This document shows, one piece after another, positions 1-9,874 of a stretch of DNA of 64,000 bases. A model generated the notes under the pieces. That model searched no databases, was not told where the DNA came from, and was given only the letters and a program-made list of their open reading frames with translations. The DNA is from Candidatus Spyradenecus sp. GTDB taxonomy: Bacteria; Verrucomicrobiota; Verrucomicrobiia; Opitutales; UBA953. The first letter of the stretch is position 1, and each line of letters begins with the position of its first letter. Both the position numbers and the translations under genes were made by a program. The DNA is taken from positions 192,001-256,000 of the forward strand of contig JAZSKX010000014.1 in NCBI GenBank assembly GCA_045535075.1. The letters run 5' to 3'.

Positions 1-2
1 GC

Positions 3-872
3 GGGAACGAGCACGGACGCGCCTTCCGCGATGTCGAACTCGAAAAACAGGTGCTCGAAGAAGCGCATCGCATCGGGCTCGGCGCGCAGTTCGGCGGGAA
101 ATACCTCGTGCACGACGTGCGCATCGTCCGCCTCCCGCGCCACGGCGCGAGCTGCCCGGTCGGCATGGGCGTTTCCTGCTCCGCAGACCGCAACATCAAG
201 TGCAAAATCAATAAAGACGGCATTTGGATTGAAAAACTCGACAACAATCCCGGCGAACTCATTCCGGAAGAACTCCGCGAAGCCGGCGAAGGCAACGCCG
301 TTAAAATTGACCTCAATCGCCCGATGCCGGAAATCCTCAAGGAACTTTCCAAATATCCGGTCGCGACACGCCTTTCGCTCAACGGCACGATTATCGTCGG
401 ACGCGATATCGCGCACGCAAAACTGAAAGAACGCCTCGACCGCGGCGAAGCGCTCCCGCAATACATCAAGGATCACCCGATTTACTACGCGGGACCGGCA
501 AAAACGCCGGAAGGAATGGCGTGCGGCTCGATGGGACCGACGACGGCGGGACGCATGGACTCTTACGTTGATTTGTTCCAAGCCAACGGCGGTTCGCTCA
601 TCATGCTTGCCAAGGGCAATCGCAGCCAGCAGGTAACGGATGCGTGTAAAAAACACGGCGGCTTCTACCTCGGCTCGATCGGCGGCCCGGCGGCAATTCT
701 TGCGCAGAACAACATCAAGTCGATTGAATGCGTCGAATACCCGGAACTCGGCATGGAAGCGATTTGGAAAATCGAAGTCGAAAACTTCCCGGCGTTCATT
801 TTGGTCGACGACAAGGGCAACGATTTCTTCAAACAAATCAAACCCGTTTGCCCGTTAGGACAAAAAGCTTAA
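3..872 (+). CDS. Class I fumarate hydratase, C-terminal part (5' end outside window)
   Basis: Frame open from position 3 ([10 protein letters not shown]...); [35 protein letters not shown] motifs. Confidence 0.95.
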   Translation, partial: GNEHGRAFRDVELEKQVLEEAHRIGLGAQFGGKYLVHDVRIVRLPRHGASCPVGMGVSCSADRNIKCKINKDGIWIEKLDNNPGELIPEELREAGEGNAVKIDLNRPMPEILKELSKYPVATRLSLNGTIIVGRDIAHAKLKERLDRGEALPQYIKDHPIYYAGPAKTPEGMACGSMGPTTAGRMDSYVDLFQANGGSLIMLAKGNRSQQVTDACKKHGGFYLGSIGGPAAILAQNNIKSIECVEYPELGMEAIWKIEVENFPAFILVDDKGNDFFKQIKPVCPLGQKA

Positions 873-896
873 AGTTTAAGGCTTAGAGCTTAAAGG

Positions 897-932
897 GCGT
901 TCCCGTGGCAAGAGTCGCGGGAACGCTTTTTT
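897..932 (+). terminator. Intrinsic terminator built from an inverted pair of the CGGGAAC motif
   Basis: GCGTTCCCGTG-loop-CGCGGGAACGC followed by T6. Confidence 0.85.
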
Positions 933-1277
933 ATTCTTCGTTCAATGTCGCGTATCGCTTGAGTTCACATTTTGACGAATCCGAGTTTTCGGGAAGATCG
1001 GATAAAAATCGGAAAGAGCGATGTGTTCCCTCAGGTAAATTTTCGCCAGCGGTATTCTGGTGTACGAAGTAAAGGAATCACGGAAAAGGAGAACGGTATT
1101 GCATCATTCGAATGAATTGGAAGCGGACGTAAATTCGGGTCTTATTTTCGTTGATTCGAGAAAATTCCACTCGTTTTTAACAGGCTGTTCGGAGACTTTT
1201 GCCGCGGGAACGCCGACTCGCGGCGGCTACGGGCTTTTCTTTGGACGGGAATCTGTTAGAATCCGCCTTTTAAATTT

Positions 1278-2735
1278 ATGGACACCTTTATCATTACCGG
1301 CGCAAATGCCGAGCCGGCGCAAAGTATCGCGCGCCGCTTGTGCGAGATGGGCGCCCGCGTTTACGGCATTGCGGGAACATTTCCCGAAGCCGATTTCGCA
1401 TTTAACGAATTTTTCCCGATCGCATGCGACGTAACTTCGCCTTCGTCCGTCGCCGAAGCTGTAGAAGAAATACTTGCGCGCGAAAAGACGATTTCCGGAC
1501 TGATTTTCTCGACTCAATATTTTTCGAATGAAGCGTTTGAAGCGATGCCGCTTGAGGAAATCACGCTGTCTGTCAACGCGCTTGTTACAACGCCGCTGGT
1601 GATTGCGCGGCTCGCGTTGCCGTCGCTGATTGCTTCCCGCGGGAGCGTGATTGCTGTTTCGCAAAATACGGTTACACCGCGCGGACACGTCTTAAATAAT
1701 ATTACAGACGCAGCGATGAAAGTTTTTACGGGAACGCTTTTCGGCGATTTGCGCGACACGGGAGTCAAGACCTGTCATATTTTTCTTCAAAACAATACGG
1801 GAACGCCCGATCCCGGGGCGGCATTTACGAATGCGCCGCAGAGCCGCATTCAGCCGGATATTGTCGCAGAAACGGTTGAAACGGTGTTGCGGTTGCGGGA
1901 AAATAATGCGCTGACGCAAATTGTTTTGCGCCCGCAGGCGACTCGGGAAACTCCGCATATTCCAGTTTCGTCGGAGCCGAGAATTCGCACCTTGCAGGTT
2001 GTGCGTTTGCCGGAATCTAAAAATTATCCGCCGGCGGAAGAGCCGATTCTTACGCCGAAATACCGCCGTCCGGAATACGCGCCGCCGCGCGGGCAAAAAG
2101 CATTGGAAGCGGCGGAAAACGCTGTTTCGGAAGCGGAGGAATTCGCAGATGATTATGTGGATCCGGAATTGCGTTATCTTGTTAAAGGAAGCGAAAAAGG
2201 CGAGGCTAAGCCGCTCGTTCCCGCAGAAGAAACTGTAAGTCCGCAAACAGAAAGCCGTCCGGAAACGGATGAGAGCGGCAATCCGCTTCGCCGCAAGCGC
2301 AAGCGCCGCCGCAAGAAAAAGAATCGCAACGGGGCAATGATTGTCCAGCCGCCGCAGTTGGGCGGGCAGACGGATGTCCCGAAAACACCGCAGATTCTGC
2401 GGGAAGAGCAGGTCAGAGAAATTCCGAAAGCTTCGCAGAAGGAAAATCGCACGGGAACGGCAGGCGTGCCTGAGGAAATACCGGTGGGCGAGCCTGTTGC
2501 CAAACGCGGGAACGTGCCTGTAAATTCGGGAAAAAACGAAAATCCGGTCGAGTCCGAACCTGCGACGCCGAAAGAGAAAAAACGCACGAAAACACCGACG
2601 GGAAAAAAGACGCCGGGGCGTTCCCGCGCGAAAAAAACAGACGTTTCGGAGCCGGCGAAACCTGTCGAAAAAGCGAAAAGAAAACCGCGAAAGCCGCGCG
2701 GGGAAAAGCAAGCGAAGACGGAAGACGTTTCCTAG
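1278..2735 (+). CDS. SDR-fold protein (degenerate) with long Pro/Glu/Lys/Arg-rich disordered C-terminal tail
   Basis: N-terminal FIITGAN, IACDVT, ELRDTGVK-like segments; no GxxxGxG or YxxxK; low-complexity basic tail. Confidence 0.7.
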   Translation: MDTFIITGANAEPAQSIARRLCEMGARVYGIAGTFPEADFAFNEFFPIACDVTSPSSVAEAVEEILAREKTISGLIFSTQYFSNEAFEAMPLEEITLSVNALVTTPLVIARLALPSLIASRGSVIAVSQNTVTPRGHVLNNITDAAMKVFTGTLFGDLRDTGVKTCHIFLQNNTGTPDPGAAFTNAPQSRIQPDIVAETVETVLRLRENNALTQIVLRPQATRETPHIPVSSEPRIRTLQVVRLPESKNYPPAEEPILTPKYRRPEYAPPRGQKALEAAENAVSEAEEFADDYVDPELRYLVKGSEKGEAKPLVPAEETVSPQTESRPETDESGNPLRRKRKRRRKKKNRNGAMIVQPPQLGGQTDVPKTPQILREEQVREIPKASQKENRTGTAGVPEEIPVGEPVAKRGNVPVNSGKNENPVESEPATPKEKKRTKTPTGKKTPGRSRAKKTDVSEPAKPVEKAKRKPRKPRGEKQAKTEDVS

Positions 2736-2810
2736 GAAATTTTCGGGAATCGTCGTTCGGGTTTCTGTTCCCGCTCGCAATCGCGGGGCGGCTTTGTTAG
2801 CTTTTTCCGC

Positions 2811-4442
2811 ATGTTATCCCGTAATCCATTTTCAGCGCAGACGCTCGGTGCATTCTCCCTGAGTTTGTTGTTTGCGTTAAGCCCGCTTTGTGCGGACGAG
2901 ATCAGGATTGATCCGGAGCTCAACGGCGAAAGTCAAATCGGTCGCGAATGGTTGGACGGCAAAGCGACGTTTAGCGAGCTTGAGCAAAAAATTCTTTCGG
3001 CGCTTCCCGCCGACAAAGCGAGAAACGCGAAGGAAGTCGAGGCGTTTCTGAAAGATCCGAAAAACCGCATGACACTTGCGCGTTGGTATTTCATGGACGT
3101 CGCGGGAACGGATGCGGTCGTCGCTCAAATCGATAAGCTTTCGGATCGCCGTATGTTTTTCCAATTTCTCTCCGATTTGGATTGGCTTGAAGGTTACCTT
3201 TACACGGGAAGACCGGAGCGGGCGGACAAGTTTTTGGAAATGTTTTTGACAATCGCCAGGCGCGAAAAAGAAATGCTGAAAGATCCGATGTTGCGCAAGA
3301 TCGCGATGGCGACAGCCGCCGAGTTTTCCCGCAACGGGTGGAGCTTGGATACGCCTTCCCGCGTCGTGAAACGCTACAGATTCTTTTCCGACAGTTGGAA
3401 AGAGGGGAAATTGAATGTGCTTTTCGACGATTTGGATTATTGGGATATGCGCGTCGTTTGCGGGTGGAAGGGAAATAATGATTTCGGCGACGAATATTCC
3501 ATGCGCTGGGCGCGGGACAACGTTAAGCTCACGGAAGAAGGCTATGCGAGCGGGTATGATATTCACCAGCTTGATTACCGCTTGTGGAATAAGGCGGGCG
3601 ACAGCGTTCATAATACCGATTATTACGCGCCGTTTCGCCCGCATTTTACGACGAAAAGAGGCGAAATCAACATGTCGGCGATGTCGCTTGAAGTCGGTGC
3701 GGTTTGCGGCGGGATTTCGCATTACGGCGTTGCGGGAGCGGTTTCCAACGGCATTCCCGCGATTACAATGGGCGAGCCGGCTCACTGCGCTTTTGCCGTG
3801 CGTGTGAACGGCGTGTGGCGCGATAATAATTCCGTTTCGTACAAGCGCGATTTGCATTGGACGCTTTTGGAGGGCAGGACGTGGGCGTTTCTTCACCTGA
3901 TTCAGGATGTTTTTTCCGATAAGAAAAGAACGCAGCAGTCTTTTCGTAAGGCGGCGCTCGCGCGCTTTTATGCCGACAAAAAACGTGCGGCGGCTCTTTC
4001 GCTCTACGGGCAGGCGCTTTCCACACAGCCGAAAAATTATTTGGTTTGGATCGACTACTGTAATTACCTCAAAGAGCAAAAAGCGCCCCAAAAGCATTGG
4101 GTCGTGGCGAACAATAAAATAATCAGCGCGTTTACCGAAAAATATCCGGATGTGACGGCAACCGCTTTGAAAAACTACGTCTATCCGAATCTTTTTAATT
4201 TCGTAAAAAAAGACGAAGACAGACTCAAAATCTATGCAGGCTTCATGGAGAAAATGAATGCCGTCGGTCCCGCGACTTGGGATATGGAAAGCTTTTGGGA
4301 TTTCCAGGCGGAGCAGCTTTCTGCCGAAGGGAAACGACAATTCAAGGAACTCGGGAAAAAGCTTTTCAAAGGGAAAGGCGAGTTTGAAAAGAATTTTAAC
4401 GATTGGGCAAACGGTAATTCCCGAAACAAAAAGGAAGACTAA
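2811..4442 (+). CDS. Secreted hypothetical protein, possibly transglutaminase-like (Cys/His) fold
   Basis: Signal peptide-like N-terminus; GAVCGGIS...GIPA...EPAHCAF segment. Confidence 0.55.
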   Translation: MLSRNPFSAQTLGAFSLSLLFALSPLCADEIRIDPELNGESQIGREWLDGKATFSELEQKILSALPADKARNAKEVEAFLKDPKNRMTLARWYFMDVAGTDAVVAQIDKLSDRRMFFQFLSDLDWLEGYLYTGRPERADKFLEMFLTIARREKEMLKDPMLRKIAMATAAEFSRNGWSLDTPSRVVKRYRFFSDSWKEGKLNVLFDDLDYWDMRVVCGWKGNNDFGDEYSMRWARDNVKLTEEGYASGYDIHQLDYRLWNKAGDSVHNTDYYAPFRPHFTTKRGEINMSAMSLEVGAVCGGISHYGVAGAVSNGIPAITMGEPAHCAFAVRVNGVWRDNNSVSYKRDLHWTLLEGRTWAFLHLIQDVFSDKKRTQQSFRKAALARFYADKKRAAALSLYGQALSTQPKNYLVWIDYCNYLKEQKAPQKHWVVANNKIISAFTEKYPDVTATALKNYVYPNLFNFVKKDEDRLKIYAGFMEKMNAVGPATWDMESFWDFQAEQLSAEGKRQFKELGKKLFKGKGEFEKNFNDWANGNSRNKKED

Positions 4443-4444
4443 AA

Positions 4445-5344
4445 ATGAAACGTGTAATTTTACTGTGTTGCGTTTTCTTCGCTTTCGCGGGAACGCTCTT
4501 TGCGGGACCGGAACGCAAAACCTACGAGCAGGCAATTAAAGGAAATCCGAACGACGGGATCGTCGTTTTTCTTTACGGCCCCGGCTGGGAAAAAGAAGGC
4601 CCCGAGTTGCTGAAAAAATTGTGGCAAAACCCCAAAATCAAAAATGCCTGCGGCGGAGCTAACCTGGTGGCAATTCCGATTTTGCAACGTCCGAACGAAA
4701 AGGAAAAAAAAGCCGCCGACGAAAAATCCAAGGGGTACCGACGCACAAAGCGCGTGCGCAGCATTCCCGCGCTCGTGCTTCAGGATTACGCGGGAAGAGA
4801 TTACTACGTGATTTATGGAGATGAACTTTCCCAGCCGGCGGAAAAAGTTGCCGAGTTGATGAAGTCAAAATTCGAACTTTATAAACAGCAGCGGAAATTT
4901 CTTCAGCAAATGGAAAAGGCAAAAGGGCGGGCTAAGGCACGTGCGTGCGCGCAGGCGGCAACCATCGAAGGAATTTTCCCGCCGAACGATCACGTGAAAA
5001 TCATCAAAGAAAACGATCCGAAGCTTGAAGAACCGCTTTCCGCGCGTGCCGTCTTTAATATCTACGAACTGCTGGTCGAAAACACGACTTTTGATAAAGA
5101 CAATCCCGGAAAGAAAATTCTGAGCGTTGACGAAACTTTGGCGAAATTAACGCAACTGACTGCCGGCGATACATACACGCCGCAACAGAAGCAGGAAATT
5201 TATGCCGCCGCCGTCGGGCACCTGCGCCGTAGCGGATATGATAACGCAAAAATAAAAAAGTTTTACCGGGAAATGATTGCGCTGGATCCGGATTCGATTT
5301 GGGCGGATTACGCCAAAAACGCGATCAAGTTGTGGTGCGATTGA
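4445..5344 (+). CDS. Secreted hypothetical protein, thioredoxin-like N-terminal fold possible
   Basis: Signal peptide; IVVFLYGPGW and RSIPALVLQD pattern; 2 nt after previous gene. Confidence 0.55.
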   Translation: MKRVILLCCVFFAFAGTLFAGPERKTYEQAIKGNPNDGIVVFLYGPGWEKEGPELLKKLWQNPKIKNACGGANLVAIPILQRPNEKEKKAADEKSKGYRRTKRVRSIPALVLQDYAGRDYYVIYGDELSQPAEKVAELMKSKFELYKQQRKFLQQMEKAKGRAKARACAQAATIEGIFPPNDHVKIIKENDPKLEEPLSARAVFNIYELLVENTTFDKDNPGKKILSVDETLAKLTQLTAGDTYTPQQKQEIYAAAVGHLRRSGYDNAKIKKFYREMIALDPDSIWADYAKNAIKLWCD

Positions 5345-5352
5345 GCGTTCCC

Positions 5353-5637
5353 GTGAAAACGATTCGCCGATTTTTTACTTGGATTTGTCGTAAGCTCTCC
5401 GGACGCTACGACACGAGTGTCGTGCTTTCGCTTCCCGAGGCTTGGAAAGAAACTCAGCCGCCGGCGGGGGAGCGCTTTGTCCGATATATTTTCGGTGCGC
5501 CGTTTTCCGATAAATTTACCGCTAAGTCGTTTTTCTGGCGCTGGGTCGGACGTATTTTACTGATTTGGATTTATTTGGGATTTCTATGGATTCTCTACGA
5601 AAGTTTGTGGGCATGGAATATTTTCGGAGGTGAATAA
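5353..5637 (+). CDS. Small hypothetical membrane protein
   Basis: ORF fills the gap between operonic genes; C-terminal hydrophobic helix; start (GTG 5353) uncertain. Confidence 0.5.
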   Translation: MKTIRRFFTWICRKLSGRYDTSVVLSLPEAWKETQPPAGERFVRYIFGAPFSDKFTAKSFFWRWVGRILLIWIYLGFLWILYESLWAWNIFGGE

Positions 5638-5641
5638 TTGT

Positions 5642-6292
5642 ATGAAGATTTTAATTACAGCCGGAGCAACACGGGAATTTTTCGATCCCGTGCGCTATAT
5701 TTCAAATCCGTCGAGCGGAAAAATGGGCTACGCCGTCGCCGCTGCCGCACGGGAACGGGCGTGGGACGTTGAACTTGTCTCCGCGAACGTTTCGCTTCCG
5801 CCGCCGCCGGGCGCGCATCTGACGGAAGTCGTTACCGGAGACGAAATGCTTGCCGCCGCACGCGAATTGTTCCCGCAGTGCGACATTCTCGTTAAAACTG
5901 CCGCCGTTTGCGATTTTCGCCCCAAGCATTACGAAACGCACAAACGTAAGAAAGACGGGAACGGCATGACGGTTGAATTCGAGCCTACAACCGACATTTT
6001 GAAAACGCTTGCGGCGGAAAAAACGCCGAGGCAGACCGTCGTCGGATTCGCCGCGGAAACCCAAGATATCGAAACTTACGCGAAGAAAAAATTGAGTGAA
6101 AAAAACTTGGATTTGATTGTGGCAAATCTCGTCGGTCGCGGGAACGTCGGTGCCTTCGGTTCGGACAACAATGCGGTCGTTTTGCTCGGTAACTCCGGTT
6201 TCCGGAAAGCATTTCCGCTTGCTCCCAAGACGGAAATCGCGCGTCTGCTTATCGACGAAATCGAGCGTTTTCATGCCGGAAAAATCGGCTAA
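5642..6292 (+). CDS. coaB: Phosphopantothenate--cysteine ligase (stand-alone CoaB domain)
   Basis: KILITAGATRE.FDPVRYISNPSSGKMG, AAVCDF, VGFAAET, LDLIVAN. Confidence 0.92.
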   Translation: MKILITAGATREFFDPVRYISNPSSGKMGYAVAAAARERAWDVELVSANVSLPPPPGAHLTEVVTGDEMLAAARELFPQCDILVKTAAVCDFRPKHYETHKRKKDGNGMTVEFEPTTDILKTLAAEKTPRQTVVGFAAETQDIETYAKKKLSEKNLDLIVANLVGRGNVGAFGSDNNAVVLLGNSGFRKAFPLAPKTEIARLLIDEIERFHAGKIG

Positions 6293-6338
6293 AATTGAAA
6301 CCTTTTTCCCGCGAATGCGTTTATCCGAATTCAGTAAG

Positions 6339-7979
6339 ATGGACTTGAAAAATTTTCTTCATACGACGTTGCTTGCTCTCAGCTTCTGCGCCGCTATCGG
6401 CTTGCTCGCCGAAACGGAACCTTCCGGAACATCGGCGGATGCAGACGAACTTTTCCCGGAGCGCCGCCGGATTCGTTTGCGGGAAGTAACGGACGAAGAC
6501 ATCCGAAAAATCGTCCGAGTCGGCAAGACGCTTTCGTTGCGGGAAGCCGTTCCCTTGGCATTGCGGGAAAATCTCGGAATCGCCGTTGCGCGAACGGATA
6601 AAGCGATCGTTGAAGAAACGCCGGAAATTCAGGAAGCCGCATTTGATACGGAGTTTTCTTTTTCTTCCGTTTACGGGAACGCAGGCAATCCGTATTGGGA
6701 AGGAAAGAGCGGAACCTCGTCCCAGAGCTGGGCAAATCGGGCGGAACTTTCCAAACGTTTTTCTTACGGAACGCAGGCTTCGCTTTACGGGAACTTTAAT
6801 CGCAATTACAACACGACGGCGGGAGCGTCGCCGGCATCGGGAAGTGCTGTCGGATTGGAAATCGTTCAGCCGCTTTTGAGCGGATTCGGCGAGGAAATCA
6901 ATTTGGCGCCGCTTGTGAAAGCTCGCAAAAATGTACTTCAGAGTACATTGAGCTTGCGCAGGGAAACCCTTGATTTGATTTATGAAGCGGAGGTTGCTTA
7001 TTGGAACCTTTCGGCAAGTTATGCGCTCGTGGGCGCGCGCTTGAGTAGCGTGCGTTATGCGGAGTTTCTTCTGAGTCAGGCGAAAGAACGCCGTGCGCTC
7101 AAGGACGCGACAAAGGAAGACGTTTTGCAGGCAGAAGCGGATTTGGCTTCCCGGCGCGTAAATTTGGTGGCGGCACGTCAGGCGGTCGAAGACCGAGATG
7201 ACGCATTGCGCAAGCTCTTAGGCGAGTACGGAGAAACGATGGACGGAACTTATAGCGTTGCCAAGTTGTCCGAAAGCGTTCCCGCAGAAACACTTGAGTT
7301 TGCGGATTGGATTGTTCAAGTGCGGGAATTTGATATTGATGCGCAAATTCAGGAGCTGGAACGTGAAAAAGCCGAGCTGGACTATCGGGTTGCCGAAGAT
7401 GCTACGCGCCCGTCTTTGGATTTGGTTCTCGGTGCGGAAGCTTCGGGAAGCGAAAGCTCTCCCGCAAAGTCGGTAACGGGCATCGTTGATCGCACCGGTT
7501 ATGACCTGTCCGCGGGAATTCAATTTTCGATGCCTATCGGATTTCGACAGGCAAATGCACAGTGGCGGCAAGCCGCGCTGAAGCGCCGGAACGCGAAACT
7601 CGCCGTTGCGCAGGCACTTCAGGATGCGATGTTTGAGGCACGTTCCGCCTGGCGTGCGGCGGAGTCTGCGCGGGAACGCTTCGACTCGGCAAAGCTTGCC
7701 CTCAAAATGCAACAGGAAGCTTACGAAGGGCAAATTGCCCGCTACGGCGTCGGACGCGCAACGATGACGGATGTGCTTTCCGCTCAAGATTCTTTGGATT
7801 CGGCTCGACTTGATTTGATTCAGGCTGCACTCGATGTCGTTACTTCCCGAGCTAAAATTTTGCGTTTGGACGGACGAATTTTGTCGGAAAACGGTTTTTC
7901 CTGGAACGAAATCGACAACGAAAATCCGGCAAATCCGCACGAATTTGCTTCGCAAGAGAACTCTGCTGTTAATCCGTAA
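6339..7979 (+). CDS. TolC family outer-membrane efflux protein
   Basis: Signal peptide; LSLREAVPLALRENL, QPLLSGFG, AYWNL, duplicated OEP halves. Confidence 0.9.
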   Translation: MDLKNFLHTTLLALSFCAAIGLLAETEPSGTSADADELFPERRRIRLREVTDEDIRKIVRVGKTLSLREAVPLALRENLGIAVARTDKAIVEETPEIQEAAFDTEFSFSSVYGNAGNPYWEGKSGTSSQSWANRAELSKRFSYGTQASLYGNFNRNYNTTAGASPASGSAVGLEIVQPLLSGFGEEINLAPLVKARKNVLQSTLSLRRETLDLIYEAEVAYWNLSASYALVGARLSSVRYAEFLLSQAKERRALKDATKEDVLQAEADLASRRVNLVAARQAVEDRDDALRKLLGEYGETMDGTYSVAKLSESVPAETLEFADWIVQVREFDIDAQIQELEREKAELDYRVAEDATRPSLDLVLGAEASGSESSPAKSVTGIVDRTGYDLSAGIQFSMPIGFRQANAQWRQAALKRRNAKLAVAQALQDAMFEARSAWRAAESARERFDSAKLALKMQQEAYEGQIARYGVGRATMTDVLSAQDSLDSARLDLIQAALDVVTSRAKILRLDGRILSENGFSWNEIDNENPANPHEFASQENSAVNP

Positions 7980-7990
7980 TTTTTTTTGAA

Positions 7991-9157
7991 ATGAAATTCT
8001 CGAAACGTTTTTTTAACGCTGTCGCCGTCGCAACGGGTTTAGCCGCCGGCGCTTGTTTGTTTTCCGCTTGCGGCGAAGGAATCGGAGGCTCCGGATCCTC
8101 AGCGCTTCCCGCCGTTGCAACGACGCGGGTTACCGAGCGTAATCTCGAAGAACGCATCACCGTTTCCGGGTTTGTTAAGCCCGAAACCGTTACCGAAATC
8201 AAATCTGAAATTAACGGTCGCATCATTCGCATTCTCGTTGAAAACGGGCAAATGGTGAAGCAGGGCGATTTGCTCCTCGAAATTGATCCGCAGACTTATC
8301 AGACGACTGTCGATTCCAACGAGCGTACAACGCGCCAACGCCGACTTGATGTCGAAAAAGCCGAGCGCGACATGAAACGCATTGAGCGACTTTTCCGGAG
8401 CGACTTCGCCACCGAGCAGGAATATCTTGATTCTGTCACGGATTACGAAAGCAGAAAACTGCAGCTCGAAATTGCTCAGGCGGCCCTTGATAATGCCCGC
8501 ATCGAGCTTGCCAAAACGGCAATCAAAGCACCGCACGACGGTATGGTCTCGGATCTTGACGTTTATGTCGGAAACGTGATTTCCGGCGCCGGTTCGTTTT
8601 CCAACGGAACAACGCTGATGAAAGTCAACGATATGAGCAATCTGCGCGTTGAAGCGGATTTGAACGAAATCGAAGCAAATAAAATCGTTATCGGAGCGGA
8701 AACAACCCTGACGTTCGACTCGCTTCCCAAAACAAGTTTTACGGGAACGGTGAATTATCTTTCGTCGTTTGGTGTTCAGGATTCGGCAACGTCCACACTC
8801 TATAAATTTCCGGTGCGCGTAAATTTTACGACGGGCGGCGTGCTCGTGCGCCCGGGAACGAGTGCGAATCTTTCGATTCTTGTCGCCGGCGTGAAAAACG
8901 CCGTCAGCGTTCCCGCAAGCGCGGTTTTCATTGAAGACGGCCAGCGCTACGTTTTTCTAAAAAAAGGAGAAGGGCAATTTGAACGACGCAAGGTCGAAAT
9001 CGGCATCGGGAATCTGAATTTTATTCAAATCGTCCGCGGATTGGATGCGGAAGATGTTATCGCGACCGTGCGTCCTTCTCAGTCCGAAATTATTTCCGAC
9101 GGGAACGAGGTTTCTCCGAAGCGCAAAGGTCCGCCTCCGGGAAAAAGCGGCAGATAG
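7991..9157 (+). CDS. Efflux periplasmic adaptor (MFP, MacA-like)
   Basis: Lipoprotein-like signal; EIKSEINGRI..ILVENGQMVKQGDLL, IKAPHDGMV. Confidence 0.9.
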   Translation: MKFSKRFFNAVAVATGLAAGACLFSACGEGIGGSGSSALPAVATTRVTERNLEERITVSGFVKPETVTEIKSEINGRIIRILVENGQMVKQGDLLLEIDPQTYQTTVDSNERTTRQRRLDVEKAERDMKRIERLFRSDFATEQEYLDSVTDYESRKLQLEIAQAALDNARIELAKTAIKAPHDGMVSDLDVYVGNVISGAGSFSNGTTLMKVNDMSNLRVEADLNEIEANKIVIGAETTLTFDSLPKTSFTGTVNYLSSFGVQDSATSTLYKFPVRVNFTTGGVLVRPGTSANLSILVAGVKNAVSVPASAVFIEDGQRYVFLKKGEGQFERRKVEIGIGNLNFIQIVRGLDAEDVIATVRPSQSEIISDGNEVSPKRKGPPPGKSGR

Positions 9158-9280
9158 AGCGGAAACGCTCCCGCGATTATATTTTCACTGCTTGACAGGG
9201 CTCGGGCGTTTCCGCAGTGTTAAGCACATAATAGAAGTGTTCTTTGAAAAAGCTTCATGCCTTTGAACTAAATGAATTTC

Positions 9281-9660
9281 GGGGATGTTCCGGATTCGAT
9301 TTCGGCAAATAGGTTGTGATTGCACGCGGAGGATGATACTTGGCCTCCTAAATCATGTATCGCCACGTTAAATGGCAAAAACAATACCATCGCGTTTGAA
9401 CGCAATGCGTTCGCGCTTGCTGCCTAATAGCTGCAGCACGGTTACGCTCGCCGACGCCTGCTAAGCGCGCGAGCCGTCAAAAAAGCAGGTAAAACTTCGA
9501 GCTTGTCAGCGTTCCCGCGAAGCCAAAAAAGGGAAAGCGGATAGGAATTCCCGGGCGTCGCCGCCCTCAGGAAAACCGAAATTCAAACGGACGGCTAAGC
9601 GTGTAGACGTTGCCTCCGAAAGGTCGAAAGACAGGGGTTCGACTCCCCTCATCTCCACCA
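9281..9660 (+). ncRNA. ssrA: tmRNA; tag (A)GKNNTIAFERNAFALAA* at 9374-9427
   Basis: 5' GGGGATGTTCCGGATTCGA; 3' GGGGTTCGACTCCCCTCATCTCCACCA; internal ORF ending ALAA-stop. Confidence 0.95.
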
Positions 9661-9665
9661 CTTTG

Positions 9666-9711
9666 AAAAGCGCTCGTAAACTTCGCCGAAGCGGATTTTA
9701 CGGGCGCTTTT
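9666..9711 (+). terminator. Hairpin terminator after tmRNA
   Basis: AAAAGCGCTCGTAAA...TTTACGGGCGCTTTT inverted repeat, T-rich downstream. Confidence 0.7.
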
Positions 9712-9874
9712 CGTGTTTCTTTTTTGCTTAAAAATCGATGCGTGTTTTTGTGTGTTTTGAAGGAGTTTTGTTCGGCGATTAATCGAAAGAATTTCTCGGG
9801 AACGCGTCTGAGGTCCTCATTTGCCGGAATCTTTACAAGGCGGCGGCTTTGGCTTAAGATTTTCGGATTATTTT

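Noticed and set aside
1060..1434. 124-aa ORF upstream of the SDR-like gene
   Set aside because: Overlaps the SDR-like gene out of frame and has no protein-like features.
9192..9220. Sigma-70 promoter for tmRNA (TTGACA)
   Set aside because: Perfect -35 but only CAGTGT at the -10 position; too weak to call.
9281..9720. Integrated element at the tmRNA 3' end
   Set aside because: No integrase and no duplicated 3' end seen; housekeeping genes follow directly.
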